Assembly (NCBI GenBank): GCA_963674965.2
Contig: CAXXFL010000002.1
Span: 96,001-160,000, forward strand
DNA from: a bacterium
Lineage (GTDB): Bacteria > RBG-13-61-14 > DATKZS01
Length of the DNA: 64,000 bases
Direction: 5' to 3'
Part shown: in pieces, positions 40,529-50,921 of the stretch
Numbering within the stretch: position 1 is the first letter of the stretch
Layout of the letters: every line of letters begins with the position of its first letter
The notes under the pieces: generated by a model
What the model was told of the DNA's origin: nothing
The model's input: only the letters and a program-made list of their open reading frames with translations
The model's database searches: none
Position numbers and translations under genes: made by a program

Positions 40529-40761
40529 AATAGTACTCCGCGTAAATGGGTTTTGTCGTTTCGGCCAGGCTATGTTATCAGGCGTTGGGTCCGCTTAACA
40601 AGCCGGGCGGAAAAGGAGGGCCTGCCGCTGGATGAGGTCCGCTGATCTCCGCCTGAAAAAAACTTTATAATCAAGGCCTTACGCCTCCCGTTCTTTCTTT
40701 GACTTTTATTGACACGGAGCCTTGTTTTTGAAAGAATTATAAGCTCAAGGAGGGTCGGTTC

Positions 40762-42636
40762 ATGAGCGATAAAATAAAGATGACTTTGGCTTTGGCGATA
40801 ATACTGGGCGCCCTGGCCATGGTGAGTTGGGCGCAGTCGGTCCCGCAACTGATCAATTACCAGGGACGTCTGACCGACGGCTCGGGCCAGCCTCTCACGG
40901 ACGGGGCCACCGTGGACTTGACCTTTTCTTTTTACGGCGCGGAACTCGGAGGCACGCCCCTTTTCCTGACCGTGCTCCAGGAGGACGTGGCCGTCAACAA
41001 GGGCATTTACAACGTGCTGATAGGATCGGGCTCGATCACCCCCGGCTCGGAAAGTACTCTGGCCTTTGTTTTTCAGAATCACGCGGACGTATGGATGGGC
41101 GTGAAGGCCGACGCGGACCCCGAGATGACGCCCAGGTCCCGGATATCGGCCGTGCCTTACGCCATGAGCGTGGACGTTAACGCCGTCTACGCGGCCGTGT
41201 GTTCCAAGCCCGATCAGGACGGTGACGGCTATATGTCGGCGCTTATTGGCGGCGACGACTGTCATGACGGCGATCCATCGATAAACCCCGGAGCCAATGA
41301 AACATGCGACGACGGCTGGGATAATGACTGTAACGGCTACGTGGACAAGGACGACTACACTTGCAAACTATCGACCTGGATGAGCGGAAGCACCGTGACT
41401 TCCCAGTTCGGCGTTTATGGTACCAAGGGGGTGGCGGACGCGGCCAACGCGCCGGGCTCGAGATATGCCCCGGTCTCCTGGATTGACGGCTCGGGCAACA
41501 TGTGGCTTTTCGGCGGCGTGGGATTTTCGGCAAGCGGCGCGGGCAATCTCAACGACATGTGGCGATGGGACGGGACGAACTGGACCTGGATGAGCGGGAG
41601 CACGATTGCGGATCAGCACGGCGTTTACGGTACAAAAGGGGTCCCGGACGCGGCTAATTGTCCGGGGGGCAGGAGTCAAGCCGTTACATGGGTTGACGGC
41701 TCGGGCAACGCGTGGCTCTTCGGGGGAAATGGATATGGACAGTCCAGTTCCGGTTATCTCAACGACCTGTGGAGATGGGATGGGACGAGTTGGACCTGGA
41801 TGAGCGGGAGCACGATAAACACCCAGTGCGGAGTTTACGGCACAAAGGGGGTAGCGGACGCGGCCAACGTGCCGGGCGTAAGATATTACTCCCTCTCCTG
41901 GATTGACGGCTCGGATAACCTCTGGCTCTTCGGCGGAGCGGGATACGGACAGTCCTACGTCGGTTATCTCAACGACCTGTGGAAATGGGACGGCGCCTAT
42001 TGGACCTGGATCAGCGGTAACAATTATCCGGACCAGAACGGAGTTTACGGAACAAAAGGAACGCCCGACGCGGCCAACGTGCCGGGCGGCAGGAATCAAG
42101 CCGTCTCCTGGCTCGACGGCTCGGGCAATATGTGGCTATTCGGCGGTTACGGGCTTTGCGCGACGGGGACCACGAGATATTATCTCAATGACCTTTGGCG
42201 ATGGGACGGGACGAACTGGACATGGATGAGCGGGAGCTCGGCTGGAAATCAAAGCGGCGTTTACGGCGCCAAGGGCTTTCCGCATTATAACAACGCGCCG
42301 GGGTCCAGAATGGGCGCCGCGGCCTGGGGCGGCGGCCAATCCAGCATGATGCTTTTCGGCGGAATGGGATACGACGAGAGCGCCATTCCCGGTTACCTAA
42401 ACGACCTTTGGCGATGGGACGGGACAAACTGGACCTGGATGAGCGGAAGCGACGTTAGGAATCAATACGGCGTCTACGGGACAAAGGGCGATCCCGACTC
42501 GGCGAACGCGCCGGGGGGCAGATACATGCCCGTCTCCTGGATTGACGGATCGGGTAATATGTGGCTCTTCGGAGGAACGGGATACGCCGCGAGCGGATGC
42601 ACGAGTTATTTAAACGACCTCTGGCGCTACGAATAA
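40762..42636 (+). CDS. Secreted Kelch/galactose-oxidase-like beta-propeller protein with YQG N-terminal domain and a Cys/Asp metal-binding motif
   Basis: Signal peptide; PQLINYQGRLTD; DCHDGDPSINPGANETCDDGWDNDCNG; six LFGG..LNDLW repeats. Confidence 0.85.
   Translation: MSDKIKMTLALAIILGALAMVSWAQSVPQLINYQGRLTDGSGQPLTDGATVDLTFSFYGAELGGTPLFLTVLQEDVAVNKGIYNVLIGSGSITPGSESTLAFVFQNHADVWMGVKADADPEMTPRSRISAVPYAMSVDVNAVYAAVCSKPDQDGDGYMSALIGGDDCHDGDPSINPGANETCDDGWDNDCNGYVDKDDYTCKLSTWMSGSTVTSQFGVYGTKGVADAANAPGSRYAPVSWIDGSGNMWLFGGVGFSASGAGNLNDMWRWDGTNWTWMSGSTIADQHGVYGTKGVPDAANCPGGRSQAVTWVDGSGNAWLFGGNGYGQSSSGYLNDLWRWDGTSWTWMSGSTINTQCGVYGTKGVADAANVPGVRYYSLSWIDGSDNLWLFGGAGYGQSYVGYLNDLWKWDGAYWTWISGNNYPDQNGVYGTKGTPDAANVPGGRNQAVSWLDGSGNMWLFGGYGLCATGTTRYYLNDLWRWDGTNWTWMSGSSAGNQSGVYGAKGFPHYNNAPGSRMGAAAWGGGQSSMMLFGGMGYDESAIPGYLNDLWRWDGTNWTWMSGSDVRNQYGVYGTKGDPDSANAPGGRYMPVSWIDGSGNMWLFGGTGYAASGCTSYLNDLWRYE
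41374..42633 (+). repeat. Six ~210-bp tandem coding repeats
   Basis: TWMSGS..GVYGTKG..PG.R..W.DGSGN.WLFGG..LNDLWRWDG recurring about every 70 codons. Confidence 0.9.
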
Positions 42637-42659
42637 CGCTTCATAGGAATGACGGCCTC

Positions 42660-42696
42660 GACGCCGGGTGGATGAACCGCCCGGCGTCTCCTTTTT
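42660..42696 (+). terminator. Intrinsic terminator
   Basis: GACGCCGGGTGG/CCGCCCGGCGTC stem followed by T tract. Confidence 0.65.
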
Positions 42697-42775
42697 CTCG
42701 CCCTTTTGGTTGACACGGCTTTGAAGCTTTCATATATTTACACATTCCCTGGCCTGACGGCCGGGACCCGGCTTC

Positions 42776-44122
42776 ATGGAAGAAAATAAAAAGGGAAAAG
42801 AGCTTACGTTTATCCAGACCCTGGCTTATTCCGCCGGGGTGCTGCCCGCCGAGTGCTTTCCCCTGGTACTGACCAGCTGGCTGATGGTCTTCTACATCGG
42901 CAAGGACGTGAACAATCCCAAGTACATGACCCTGTTCGCCTTTGTCCTGGTCCAGTTCGTGGGGCGCTTGATGGACAGCGTTTCCGATCCGCTGGTGGGA
43001 TTTTTCTCGGACCGCACCAACTCGAGGTGGGGAAGAAGGATACCCTATATCATCTTCGGAACGCCCTTTGTGGCCATTACCATCGCGCTCGTGTGGTTCC
43101 CTCTTACCGACCATCCCTCCATGGCCAACAACCTGTGGCTGGCGGGAAACCTTTTGGTCTTCTGGCTGGCTTACACGGTGGTGGTGGCCCCCCATTTATC
43201 GCTCATGCCCGAGATAGCGCCGGGGGATAAGGAGCGCCTTGGCGTGGGCGGATGGATGGCCGTGTTCGGCGTGATCGGCATGGTCCTGGGTTCCCTGGCC
43301 GCGGGCATGGTCATCGAGGCGTTCAAGGACGGCGTGAGCCTGGCGGGCTTCCAAATAAAAGACGGCTACAAGGTCACGGGCATTATCAGCGGCTTTATCA
43401 TTTTGATTTTCTTCTGGCTCACCTGGTGGTTCATCAAGGAGAAGCCCTTTTCCGAGAGCAAGAGCGTGCCCATCAACTTTTACCGCGCCGCCCTCGAGAC
43501 CCTCAAGAACCCGACCTATCCTCATTACCTGGTGATGATCGCCCTGGTCCGCTTGATGGTTGACGTGGTGCTGGGAGTGGTACCCTTTTTCGTGGTCTAT
43601 TTCCTTTTCCAGCACGAGGGCAACGCGGGTTTTATTCAGGGCGCCATCATCGTGGGATCGGTCGTGTTTTTTCCCTTAATACTCTGGGGATCGGGAAGAT
43701 ACGGCAAGAAGAAGACCTTCGCCTTCGGGCTGCTCGTGTTCGCCTCGGTCATGCCCCTTATCGTTTTCGTGCCCGTCCTGCCCCTTTACACCCAGGCGTC
43801 CAGGCTTCTGGCCACCATCGCCGTGTTCGGCATGCTCGCGCCGGGAGCGGCCGCCATGCTGATATTGCAGCGGGTGATCATCACGGACATTATGGACTTT
43901 GACGAGAAGCGGACGGGCTACCGGCGCGAGGCCATGTACAACGGCATCGAGGGCCTGATCACCAAGTTCGCCGCGGGCCTGGCCCCGGTGGTGATAGGCG
44001 TGAACCTTGCTCTTTTCAATACTCCCCAGTTCCCCTACGGGATTTTCACCTCCATCGTCTTCAGCGCGATCATCGCCCTCATCGGCTACGTCGCCTTTAA
44101 AGCCTATCCGATCGAGAAGTAG
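42776..44122 (+). CDS. MFS transporter, GPH/MelB-like family
   Basis: DPLVGFFSDRTNSRWGRRIPY, DFDEKRTGYRREAMYNG; many TM segments. Confidence 0.9.
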   Translation: MEENKKGKELTFIQTLAYSAGVLPAECFPLVLTSWLMVFYIGKDVNNPKYMTLFAFVLVQFVGRLMDSVSDPLVGFFSDRTNSRWGRRIPYIIFGTPFVAITIALVWFPLTDHPSMANNLWLAGNLLVFWLAYTVVVAPHLSLMPEIAPGDKERLGVGGWMAVFGVIGMVLGSLAAGMVIEAFKDGVSLAGFQIKDGYKVTGIISGFIILIFFWLTWWFIKEKPFSESKSVPINFYRAALETLKNPTYPHYLVMIALVRLMVDVVLGVVPFFVVYFLFQHEGNAGFIQGAIIVGSVVFFPLILWGSGRYGKKKTFAFGLLVFASVMPLIVFVPVLPLYTQASRLLATIAVFGMLAPGAAAMLILQRVIITDIMDFDEKRTGYRREAMYNGIEGLITKFAAGLAPVVIGVNLALFNTPQFPYGIFTSIVFSAIIALIGYVAFKAYPIEK

Positions 44123-44124
44123 CC

Positions 44125-44913
44125 ATGGCCATTGGAAGGTACTGTCAGATTACCGGCGAGCGGAAGCGGAGCTTCGAGGTCGTCGCCGAGGCCCACGGGT
44201 TGACCGTCACCTCGGGGGCCCTCATGAACGACGCGTACGGCGACCCGCCGGCCGGGCGGGAGGCGGTCCGGGCCATGCTGAAATATTGCGCCGTTTGCGG
44301 GGCCGAGCAGCCGTCTCCCGCGCCCGAGCGCTGCGTGAGCTGCAACGCGGCCTTGACGGCCGAGGTTATGGAGGAGGACCTTTCGAGGGTGGGCCGGAAG
44401 CCGTCCTTCTCGAGGCGGATCGCGGCCTTTCTGCTGGACGCGGCCGTCATCCTGATACTGGCGGGACTTACCGCTCACCTCATCGGCTTCCAGACCCTGA
44501 TCGAGTTGGGCGGGGCCTCGGCCGAGGGCCCGGCCGCCGGAGGCCCACCAGATATTACGGCCTACATGAAGGTCGGAGTCTTCATGCTTTTGATTGCCTC
44601 GATCATTCTCGTGGCTTACCATACGCTCTTCACCTGGCTGGCGGGTACCAGTCCGGGAAAGACGGCCATGGGCTACAGGATTTACCTTAAGAACGGCGAC
44701 CCCAGGATCGGCTTCGGACGGGCCCTGGTCCGCTCGGTCCTTTACCTGTTTACGCTTTACGTTATCCCCATCGGGCTGCTGCCTCTTCTGTTCCAGAAGA
44801 CCGAGGGCCTCAAGATGGTAATAATCGAGAACGACGCCATGTTCCACGACGAGTTGACCGACTGCCGGACCGTCTCGCCGAGTGTGGGAAAAGACCGTCC
44901 CCAGTCGGGCTGA
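44125..44913 (+). CDS. RDD family protein with N-terminal zinc ribbon
   Basis: RRIAAFLLD, SPGK.AMG, RALVR, HDEL; CAVC..CVSC. Confidence 0.85.
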   Translation: MAIGRYCQITGERKRSFEVVAEAHGLTVTSGALMNDAYGDPPAGREAVRAMLKYCAVCGAEQPSPAPERCVSCNAALTAEVMEEDLSRVGRKPSFSRRIAAFLLDAAVILILAGLTAHLIGFQTLIELGGASAEGPAAGGPPDITAYMKVGVFMLLIASIILVAYHTLFTWLAGTSPGKTAMGYRIYLKNGDPRIGFGRALVRSVLYLFTLYVIPIGLLPLLFQKTEGLKMVIIENDAMFHDELTDCRTVSPSVGKDRPQSG

Positions 44914-45085
44914 GGCCGGAAGTTGTAAGTATGGGCGTGATTAGTCATAATATATATTGCCGGCCCGAGAGGGAAATAACGGCCGGCGCGCGCGGCTCCC
45001 GCCAAGTAGTCCCGGTTATTCGGGCGTCCTTCGGGTCATGTCCCTCGCGATCAAACCATCACGATAGTATTTAAGGAGATCTTGA

Positions 45086-46090
45086 ATGCGCAACTCGACC
45101 ATATTGGGGACCGGTTTTTACGTGCCGCCTCGCGTCGTCACCAACGACGACCTGGCCGCCATGTTCGACACCAGCGACGAGTGGATAAAGGAGCGCTCGG
45201 GCATCCGGGAGAGGAGGTGGGTAGACCCCGGGACCATGAGCACGGACATGGCCAAGATCGCGGCCGAGCGGGCCCTCGAGGACGCGGGCATGACGATGGA
45301 CGACATCGACATGGTCATCTTCGGCACGCTCAACCCTGACATACACTTTCCAGGCTGCGCCTGTCTTCTCCAGAGCAAGATGGAAATGGGGAACATCCCG
45401 GCCCTTGACATAAGGCAGCAGTGCTCGAGCTTCATTTACGCCTCGACCATCGCCGACAACTTCATCAAGACGGGCATGTACGACAATATCATGGTGATCG
45501 GCTCCGAGATTCACTCGACCGGGCTCGAGAAGGCCGACAGGGGAAGGGACGTGACGGTCCTTTTCGGCGACGGCGCCGGGGTGACCATCATGGGACCGGC
45601 CGCGAGCGAGAAGGAGGGGTTATTGGCCACTTGTCTTCACGCCGACGGCAAGGGCTGGGACAAGCTCTGCGTCATGGCGCCCTACGGTTACGTCGAGGGC
45701 AGAGTGACCGAGGAGATGATCGAGAGGGGCGACCTTTTCACGAAGATGGACGGCCGCACCGTGTTCAAGAACGCCGTGCCCCGTTTCTGCGAGGCCATGA
45801 AGGAAGTATTGGACAAGGCCGGCTACACCATTGACGACGTGGCGCTGTTCACCCCCCACCAGGCCAACGACCGCATCACCTGGATGGTGGCCAAGACCCT
45901 GGGGCTGCCCAAGGAAAAGGTCGTGTCCAACATAGGAAAGTACGGCAACACCACGGCGGCGACCATTCCCATCTGCATCCACGAGGCCAGAGGGGAGGGC
46001 AGGCTGAAAAAGGGAGACCTGCTCATCTGCGCCTCCTTCGGCGCCGGCTTCACATGGGGGGCGCTCCTTTGGAAATGGACCCTGGACTAA
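45086..46090 (+). CDS. fabH: 3-oxoacyl-ACP synthase III
   Basis: DTSDEWIKERSGIRERR, QCS, LFGDGAG, PHQAN, YGNT, FGAGFTWG. Confidence 0.95.
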   Translation: MRNSTILGTGFYVPPRVVTNDDLAAMFDTSDEWIKERSGIRERRWVDPGTMSTDMAKIAAERALEDAGMTMDDIDMVIFGTLNPDIHFPGCACLLQSKMEMGNIPALDIRQQCSSFIYASTIADNFIKTGMYDNIMVIGSEIHSTGLEKADRGRDVTVLFGDGAGVTIMGPAASEKEGLLATCLHADGKGWDKLCVMAPYGYVEGRVTEEMIERGDLFTKMDGRTVFKNAVPRFCEAMKEVLDKAGYTIDDVALFTPHQANDRITWMVAKTLGLPKEKVVSNIGKYGNTTAATIPICIHEARGEGRLKKGDLLICASFGAGFTWGALLWKWTLD

Positions 46091-46110
46091 AGAAAGCCGG
46101 GCGATCGGAA

Positions 46111-46142
46111 GGCGGGGGCCGAAAGGGGCCTCCGTTTTTTTT
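46111..46142 (+). terminator. Intrinsic terminator between convergent fabH and tatC
   Basis: GC-rich hairpin followed by a T run. Confidence 0.55.
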
Positions 46143-46164
46143 CGGAGGGTGACGAGATTTTTCC

Positions 46165-47004
46165 CTATTCCGACTTTTCTTTTTCCACCCTGGGTCCGAA
46201 TATCCAGGCGACCAGGACCGAGAACTCGTAGAGCATCCACATGGGCGCGAAGAGAAAGAGCTGGCTCACCACGTCGGGAGGCGTTATAAAAGCGGCCAGC
46301 GTGATCATGATAAGGATGGCGTACTTCCTGTTCCTGCTTAGGAAAGCCGAGCTGATTATGCCCAGCTTGGCGAGGATAAAGGTGAGCACGGGCAGCTCGA
46401 ACACGGCCCCGAAGGCCAGCATCATCATGACCACGAAACTGAAGGCCTCGCTCAGTTTGGGCTTCCATTGAAGCTGGTCGGCCGCGAACTGGGAGAAAAA
46501 GTCGGCCACGAAGGGAAAGACGACGAAATAAAAGAAGGCCGCCCCTCCCGTGAAGAACAAGGTCGAGAGGATGATGAACGGGCCGGCGTAGAGCCTTTCC
46601 TTTTTATAAAGCCCCGGCGCGATAAAGGCCCAGAGCTGGTAGAAGATCATGGGACTGGACACGAAGATGGCGGCCACGGCGGATAGTTTCAGCTCGAACA
46701 CGAAGCCCTCGGCGATGCCGGTGTAGATCATGGTCGAGCCCATTTTCTCGAGGACCTCGGTAAGGGGCAGCATGAAGTAGAAGCGTATGGTTTTGATCGA
46801 GGTCCCGTAGATGACCAGGAAACAGCCGAGGAAAGTAAGGGCGCAGACCAGTATTCTTCTCCTGAGTTCCTCGAGGTGCTCGATAAAGGTCATCCGGCCC
46901 CCGAGTTCTTCCTCCTCGTCGAGTTCCTCCTCCTGGCCGGGGGCCTTGGGCTCCTCGCCGGCGGTTTTGTCTTTTTTGCCGGGACGGGGTTTCTTACTCG
47001 CCAT
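46165..47004 (-). CDS. tatC: Twin-arginine translocase subunit TatC
   Basis: MTFIEHLEELRRRI, YQLWAFIAPGLY, FELP, AAFITPPD. Confidence 0.95.
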   Translation of the reverse strand: MASKKPRPGKKDKTAGEEPKAPGQEEELDEEEELGGRMTFIEHLEELRRRILVCALTFLGCFLVIYGTSIKTIRFYFMLPLTEVLEKMGSTMIYTGIAEGFVFELKLSAVAAIFVSSPMIFYQLWAFIAPGLYKKERLYAGPFIILSTLFFTGGAAFFYFVVFPFVADFFSQFAADQLQWKPKLSEAFSFVVMMMLAFGAVFELPVLTFILAKLGIISSAFLSRNRKYAILIMITLAAFITPPDVVSQLFLFAPMWMLYEFSVLVAWIFGPRVEKEKSE

Positions 47005-47362
47005 CTTCCGGACCTTTTGTATTATTATTCGAAGAGTTGGGCTCGCTCTCGACTTTCTCGGGGACGGGAGGGTCATCGCTTTGCCGCTCGGCCTTTTGTT
47101 TAGGCTTGACGCGAAGTTTAGGCGGCACGGGAGGGGGCTTGAGAGGGTTCATCGCGTCTTTCACGCCGTCGATGGCGTCGCGAAACTCTCCTATTTCATC
47201 GGAGAACATGATCTCATTTCGGAGGTCGTCCGAGGCCTTGCGAAGCTGGCCCATGACCTGTCCGATGGTCCTTAGTATCATGGGAAGCCTTTTCGGTCCG
47301 ACCACGATGAGAGCCAGCACGAGTATGATGGCTATTTCCGAGTATCCGAGACCCAGGTTCAT
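46994..47362 (-). CDS. tatB: Twin-arginine translocase subunit TatB (TatA/B family)
   Basis: GLGYSEIAIILVLALIVVGPKRLP; upstream of tatC. Confidence 0.85.
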   Translation of the reverse strand: MNLGLGYSEIAIILVLALIVVGPKRLPMILRTIGQVMGQLRKASDDLRNEIMFSDEIGEFRDAIDGVKDAMNPLKPPPVPPKLRVKPKQKAERQSDDPPVPEKVESEPNSSNNNTKGPEDGE

Positions 47363-47557
47363 GGATAGGTATGTTACTCGCGGTCCCTGGAAGAGTCAAG
47401 AAACTGGCTGTTTTACGGGAGAAAAGAAGAAATCGGGGCCGGGGCCTCGCCGAATGGGGGACTTGAACGGACGATTAAAAAGCGATATGATCGGCAAAAT
47501 ACATGGGGATTTGATATTAAAGCGGAAAAAGGCTAACCAAATCAGGGGGAGACGATC

Positions 47558-48322
47558 ATGAATTTCGACTTCAGCCTCTCGAAAATCGTAATGCAGGTAG
47601 TTATCAGCGTCGCCTTCGGCGTTATTCCTTTTGGACTCATCATCGCGGGCCGGCAGGGCACGAACCTTCGCGAGGAGGGATCGGGCAACATTGGCGCGGC
47701 TAACGTGTACAGGGCACTGGGTTTCAACTGGGCCCTGACGGTTTTCGTGCTTGACGCGGCCAAGGGGTTCATGCCCGTGATGATCGCCTTCCTCAACTTT
47801 CCCGGCCAGCCGATCGGGCGGGTGATCGCGGCGGTCCTGGTGGTGGCCGCCTCCATCTTCAATCCCATCGTCAAGTTCAAGGGAGGAAAAGGCGTGTCCA
47901 CCGCTTTCGGGGCCTTTATACTTCTGGCCCCCATCGCGACCGTCGCTTGTCTTATCCTGTGGGCCGGGATCGTGTTCGCCAAAAAGATACCCAGCCTGGG
48001 CAGCCTGGCCGCGGCGGCCCTTTTGCCCATTATGACTCTCGTCAACGTGTGGGGCAGAAACAACGAGATGAGGATAAGCTATATAGTCTGCTCCCTTATC
48101 GTTTCCGCCCTCGTGGCCCTGGCCCACTTGGAAAACATCTCGAGGCTGATGAAGGGGGAGGAAAAGCCCATCGAGCACGTCGAGTCCACGGGGACCAAGA
48201 TCACGAAAAAGAAGGGTGAAGCCAAGGCGGCGGCTCCGGCGCCCAAGGCCAGAAAAGCCCCTCCCAGCCTGGACGAGATAAGGAAGATGAAGGCGACCCT
48301 TAAAAGGGACGACGAGGAGTAA
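47558..48322 (+). CDS. plsY: Glycerol-3-phosphate acyltransferase
   Basis: GSGNIGAANVYR, DAAKG, FKGGKGVST, HLENISRL. Confidence 0.92.
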   Translation: MNFDFSLSKIVMQVVISVAFGVIPFGLIIAGRQGTNLREEGSGNIGAANVYRALGFNWALTVFVLDAAKGFMPVMIAFLNFPGQPIGRVIAAVLVVAASIFNPIVKFKGGKGVSTAFGAFILLAPIATVACLILWAGIVFAKKIPSLGSLAAAALLPIMTLVNVWGRNNEMRISYIVCSLIVSALVALAHLENISRLMKGEEKPIEHVESTGTKITKKKGEAKAAAPAPKARKAPPSLDEIRKMKATLKRDDEE

Positions 48323-48344
48323 TATCCGGGAACTCTTTCGCGAC

Positions 48345-49061
48345 CTAGGGCTGAATAATAAACATTCTCAGGTGCTGCATCTGCTCTCCCCCCTGGAGAA
48401 GGAGAGGTTTCTCGCTTTGAGAGACCAGGGTCTGCACCGTCATTTTGAGCTGCGAGAACTTGATTACGCCGTCGGTGGGCATGAAAAGCCCCAGCGACTC
48501 GGCGTCGCTTTCAAAGGCGGGGTCGGTAAGGGGCCTCTTCGAGTGGATGAAGATAATGGCCCCTCCCGCTATTTGCGGGTCGTTCATTTGCTGAAGCTCG
48601 GCGGCCAGTATGTTGATCGCGTCCTTTCCATAGGCGTCCATTATGGTAAGGAAATGTCCGCTTTGAGTGTCGGGAAAGGCCCGGCCCGTGCTGGGCGGAG
48701 GAAACTGGACCCGGGCGAAGACGCAAAGGTATCTCCTGGAGTCCCCGAATTTTAAAGGATAGGGCCAAAAGCCCACGCCGCCGACGGCCGACTCGGCGTT
48801 GGATAAGAGACGGAAGTCGGCCGGCCTGAACCTTCTTTGGCACTCGCTCTGTACTCTTTGCAGATGGGATTGATACTTGGTCGCCTTCTGGCCCCAGGAT
48901 GGGTCTGAATAAGCTCCGGCCGGGGTGATGATGGCCCCTCCCACCTGGGCCCGGGTCAAAGGAGCCGCGGCCAGGAAATAGACGATAAGCGGCGTCGCCG
49001 CGGCCAGGAAGGAGCGTGTCAGGCCTTTTCTCAATTCGGTATCCTCCTTAGGTGCAAGCAA
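48345..49061 (-). CDS. Exported hypothetical protein
   Basis: Signal-like segment; fills the gap between plsY and the next gene; start uncertain. Confidence 0.6.
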   Translation of the reverse strand: MLAPKEDTELRKGLTRSFLAAATPLIVYFLAAAPLTRAQVGGAIITPAGAYSDPSWGQKATKYQSHLQRVQSECQRRFRPADFRLLSNAESAVGGVGFWPYPLKFGDSRRYLCVFARVQFPPPSTGRAFPDTQSGHFLTIMDAYGKDAINILAAELQQMNDPQIAGGAIIFIHSKRPLTDPAFESDAESLGLFMPTDGVIKFSQLKMTVQTLVSQSEKPLLLQGGEQMQHLRMFIIQP

Positions 49062-49155
49062 GACTTATTATAGCCGCCCCGCGTCGGTCGTCAAACGCCG
49101 CGCGGAATTTTTCGGACCGTTTGCGAGCGGTCCCGGCTGAAGGCTCGAGCGATAT

Positions 49156-49539
49156 CTACTTGCCTGTTTTTTTTCCGGCGGTCTTTTTTGCGCTCTTTTT
49201 CGCGGCCTTCTTTTTCGAGGGGATCGTGCTGGCCTTGGACCCCTGAGTCCGCGCCAGTTCCTCGGCCAGGGCCTCGTCCTTGGCGGTGATCCGGAACTTC
49301 TTGTAAATCTTCACCTTGGGGGCCTTGAGTTTTACCTGGCCGTGGGCCGCCTTGTAAAGATAATCGTCTATCTCATCCATTAAATCGTTTCGCTCCCCGT
49401 TCACGACCGAGATCATGTCGGCCGCGGCCAGGCGCTTTTCGTCGCTTAAGCTTCGGTCCCTCCTGGCGTCCTCCAGGTGCCAAAGCCTGACGTTGGCGAT
49501 GGTCAGTTTGTCTATAAGGCTTCCAAGCGTTTCAGCCAT
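49156..49539 (-). CDS. DUF4254-like protein with Lys/Ala-rich tail
   Basis: AETLGSLIDKLTI..WHLED..NGERNDLMDEID; AAGGAG RBS; next to GT9 genes. Confidence 0.75.
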   Translation of the reverse strand: MAETLGSLIDKLTIANVRLWHLEDARRDRSLSDEKRLAAADMISVVNGERNDLMDEIDDYLYKAAHGQVKLKAPKVKIYKKFRITAKDEALAEELARTQGSKASTIPSKKKAAKKSAKKTAGKKTGK

Positions 49540-49629
49540 GTTCCGCTCCTTGTAGGTTGAATTTTTCTTCACTCGCCCGAAGTGAAAAGACATTTTAGCC
49601 TTCAAGGCTGAAGAAAACAATCATCCTCT

Positions 49630-49815
49630 GAGCCTCTTGCAAAATTCCCGCTTTGGAGTGCGGCGGCTCGACGCCGCTTTTCTTCCGAGCGGCTTGACGC
49701 GAGGCAAGCCGTTTTCTTTTTAGGCCTTGTCAAGCCAAGGCCATCGAAAGCGGTCTCAAGCGACCGCGCTCCTAAGCGGTTATACCGCGAAGAAAAAGAC
49801 TTTTGCAAGAATCTC
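49630..49815. mobile_element. 186-bp MITE with 5-bp TSD carrying a REP-like inverted doublet
   Basis: TIR GAGCCTCTTGCAAAA / GAGATTCTTGCAAAA; CCTCT at 49625-49629 and 49816-49820; internal TGGAGTGCGGCGGCTCGACGCCGCTTT ... AAAGCGGTCTCAAGCGACCGCGCTCC. Confidence 0.8.
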
Positions 49816-49823
49816 CCTCTTTA

Positions 49824-50921
49824 TCATCCTCTTTTTTGGGCGGCCCTCTCGTAAAGCTCCACAAGTCCATCGGCCACCCGCCGGGCCTCGATTTCCGAGG
49901 CGCACCGGGCCTGACGGGACATGGGACATTGGTTGTCGTCGCAGTTGTCGCAGTCCCTGCCCGAGGCGGCGCAGGGGTTCTCGGGGCATTCCCTGCAATC
50001 CCTTCCAGGCGTGAAGGCCAGAAAGTCGCCCGACTCCGGCTTCCATTTCTCGAGGTGGTCCTTAAGGCCGCAATGGGGCGCGTAGATTATGGCCCCACCC
50101 GTTCCCACGGCGTCGGCCAGGTGGGACGGGCCCGAGTCCAGTCCGGCGAAGAGGTCGGCCCTTTTGATCAGCTCGGCCACCTCCGGCAGGGGCCATCCGA
50201 TGGCGATATCTTTGACGTCGGCTTCCCCGGCGGTTTTATAAACCAGGCCCTTTTCGGAGGGGGAGCCTATCATCACGATCCTGGCGTTTAGCCTCGATTT
50301 AAGCTCGCGGGCCAGCTCGCCGAATCCGGGCCACATCCTTTCCTCGTGGGTCACTCCCGCCGGATGCAGAACGACGAGGGGACGGTCGGCCGGCTCGTTC
50401 CCGAGAAGTTCCGCCACCTTTTTCGATCCCGCGTCGGGCCAGTACTCGAGGGTCCTGTCCGCGGCCTCGACGCCCAATTCCCTGACCAGCTTCAGGTTCT
50501 GCTCGATTATGTTTTCCTTTGCCGAGTACTCGATGACGCGGTTTAAAAGCTGGGGGAACTCGTCGGTCCCAAAGCCGATCCTGACGGGAGCGCCGGAAAG
50601 AAACCCTATCAACTGGCTCCTTATATAGCTCCTGAAATGAAGGGCGTGAGTAAACTTTTCCCTTCTCAGCCGAGCGATGAATTTCACGTAGCCGGGCCCA
50701 GCCTTCTGAGGTCCCCTCGAGTCGTAGACGATGAACTCGTCCAAATAGGGACAGGGTGCGAGAAGCTCGTAAGTGAGGGGATCGGCCACCATGGCAAGGC
50801 GGGCGTCGGGCCAGGCGTTTCTGAGCGCCCGGATGGCCGGGACCGCCACCAGGGCGTTGCCGATCTGGCCGAACCGTATCAACAGGACCCGAGGCCCGTC
50901 CTTAATTATTTTGCCCGCCAT
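49824..50921 (-). CDS. Glycosyltransferase family 9 (ADP-heptose:LPS heptosyltransferase-like)
   Basis: IRFGQIGN..P.IRAL, LHP, GLDSGPSHLA. Confidence 0.9.
   Translation of the reverse strand: MAGKIIKDGPRVLLIRFGQIGNALVAVPAIRALRNAWPDARLAMVADPLTYELLAPCPYLDEFIVYDSRGPQKAGPGYVKFIARLRREKFTHALHFRSYIRSQLIGFLSGAPVRIGFGTDEFPQLLNRVIEYSAKENIIEQNLKLVRELGVEAADRTLEYWPDAGSKKVAELLGNEPADRPLVVLHPAGVTHEERMWPGFGELARELKSRLNARIVMIGSPSEKGLVYKTAGEADVKDIAIGWPLPEVAELIKRADLFAGLDSGPSHLADAVGTGGAIIYAPHCGLKDHLEKWKPESGDFLAFTPGRDCRECPENPCAASGRDCDNCDDNQCPMSRQARCASEIEARRVADGLVELYERAAQKRG

Noticed and set aside
41374-42633. Possible DGR template/variable repeats or CRISPR
   Set aside because: In-frame propeller-blade repeats; differences are not adenine-specific; no reverse transcriptase seen
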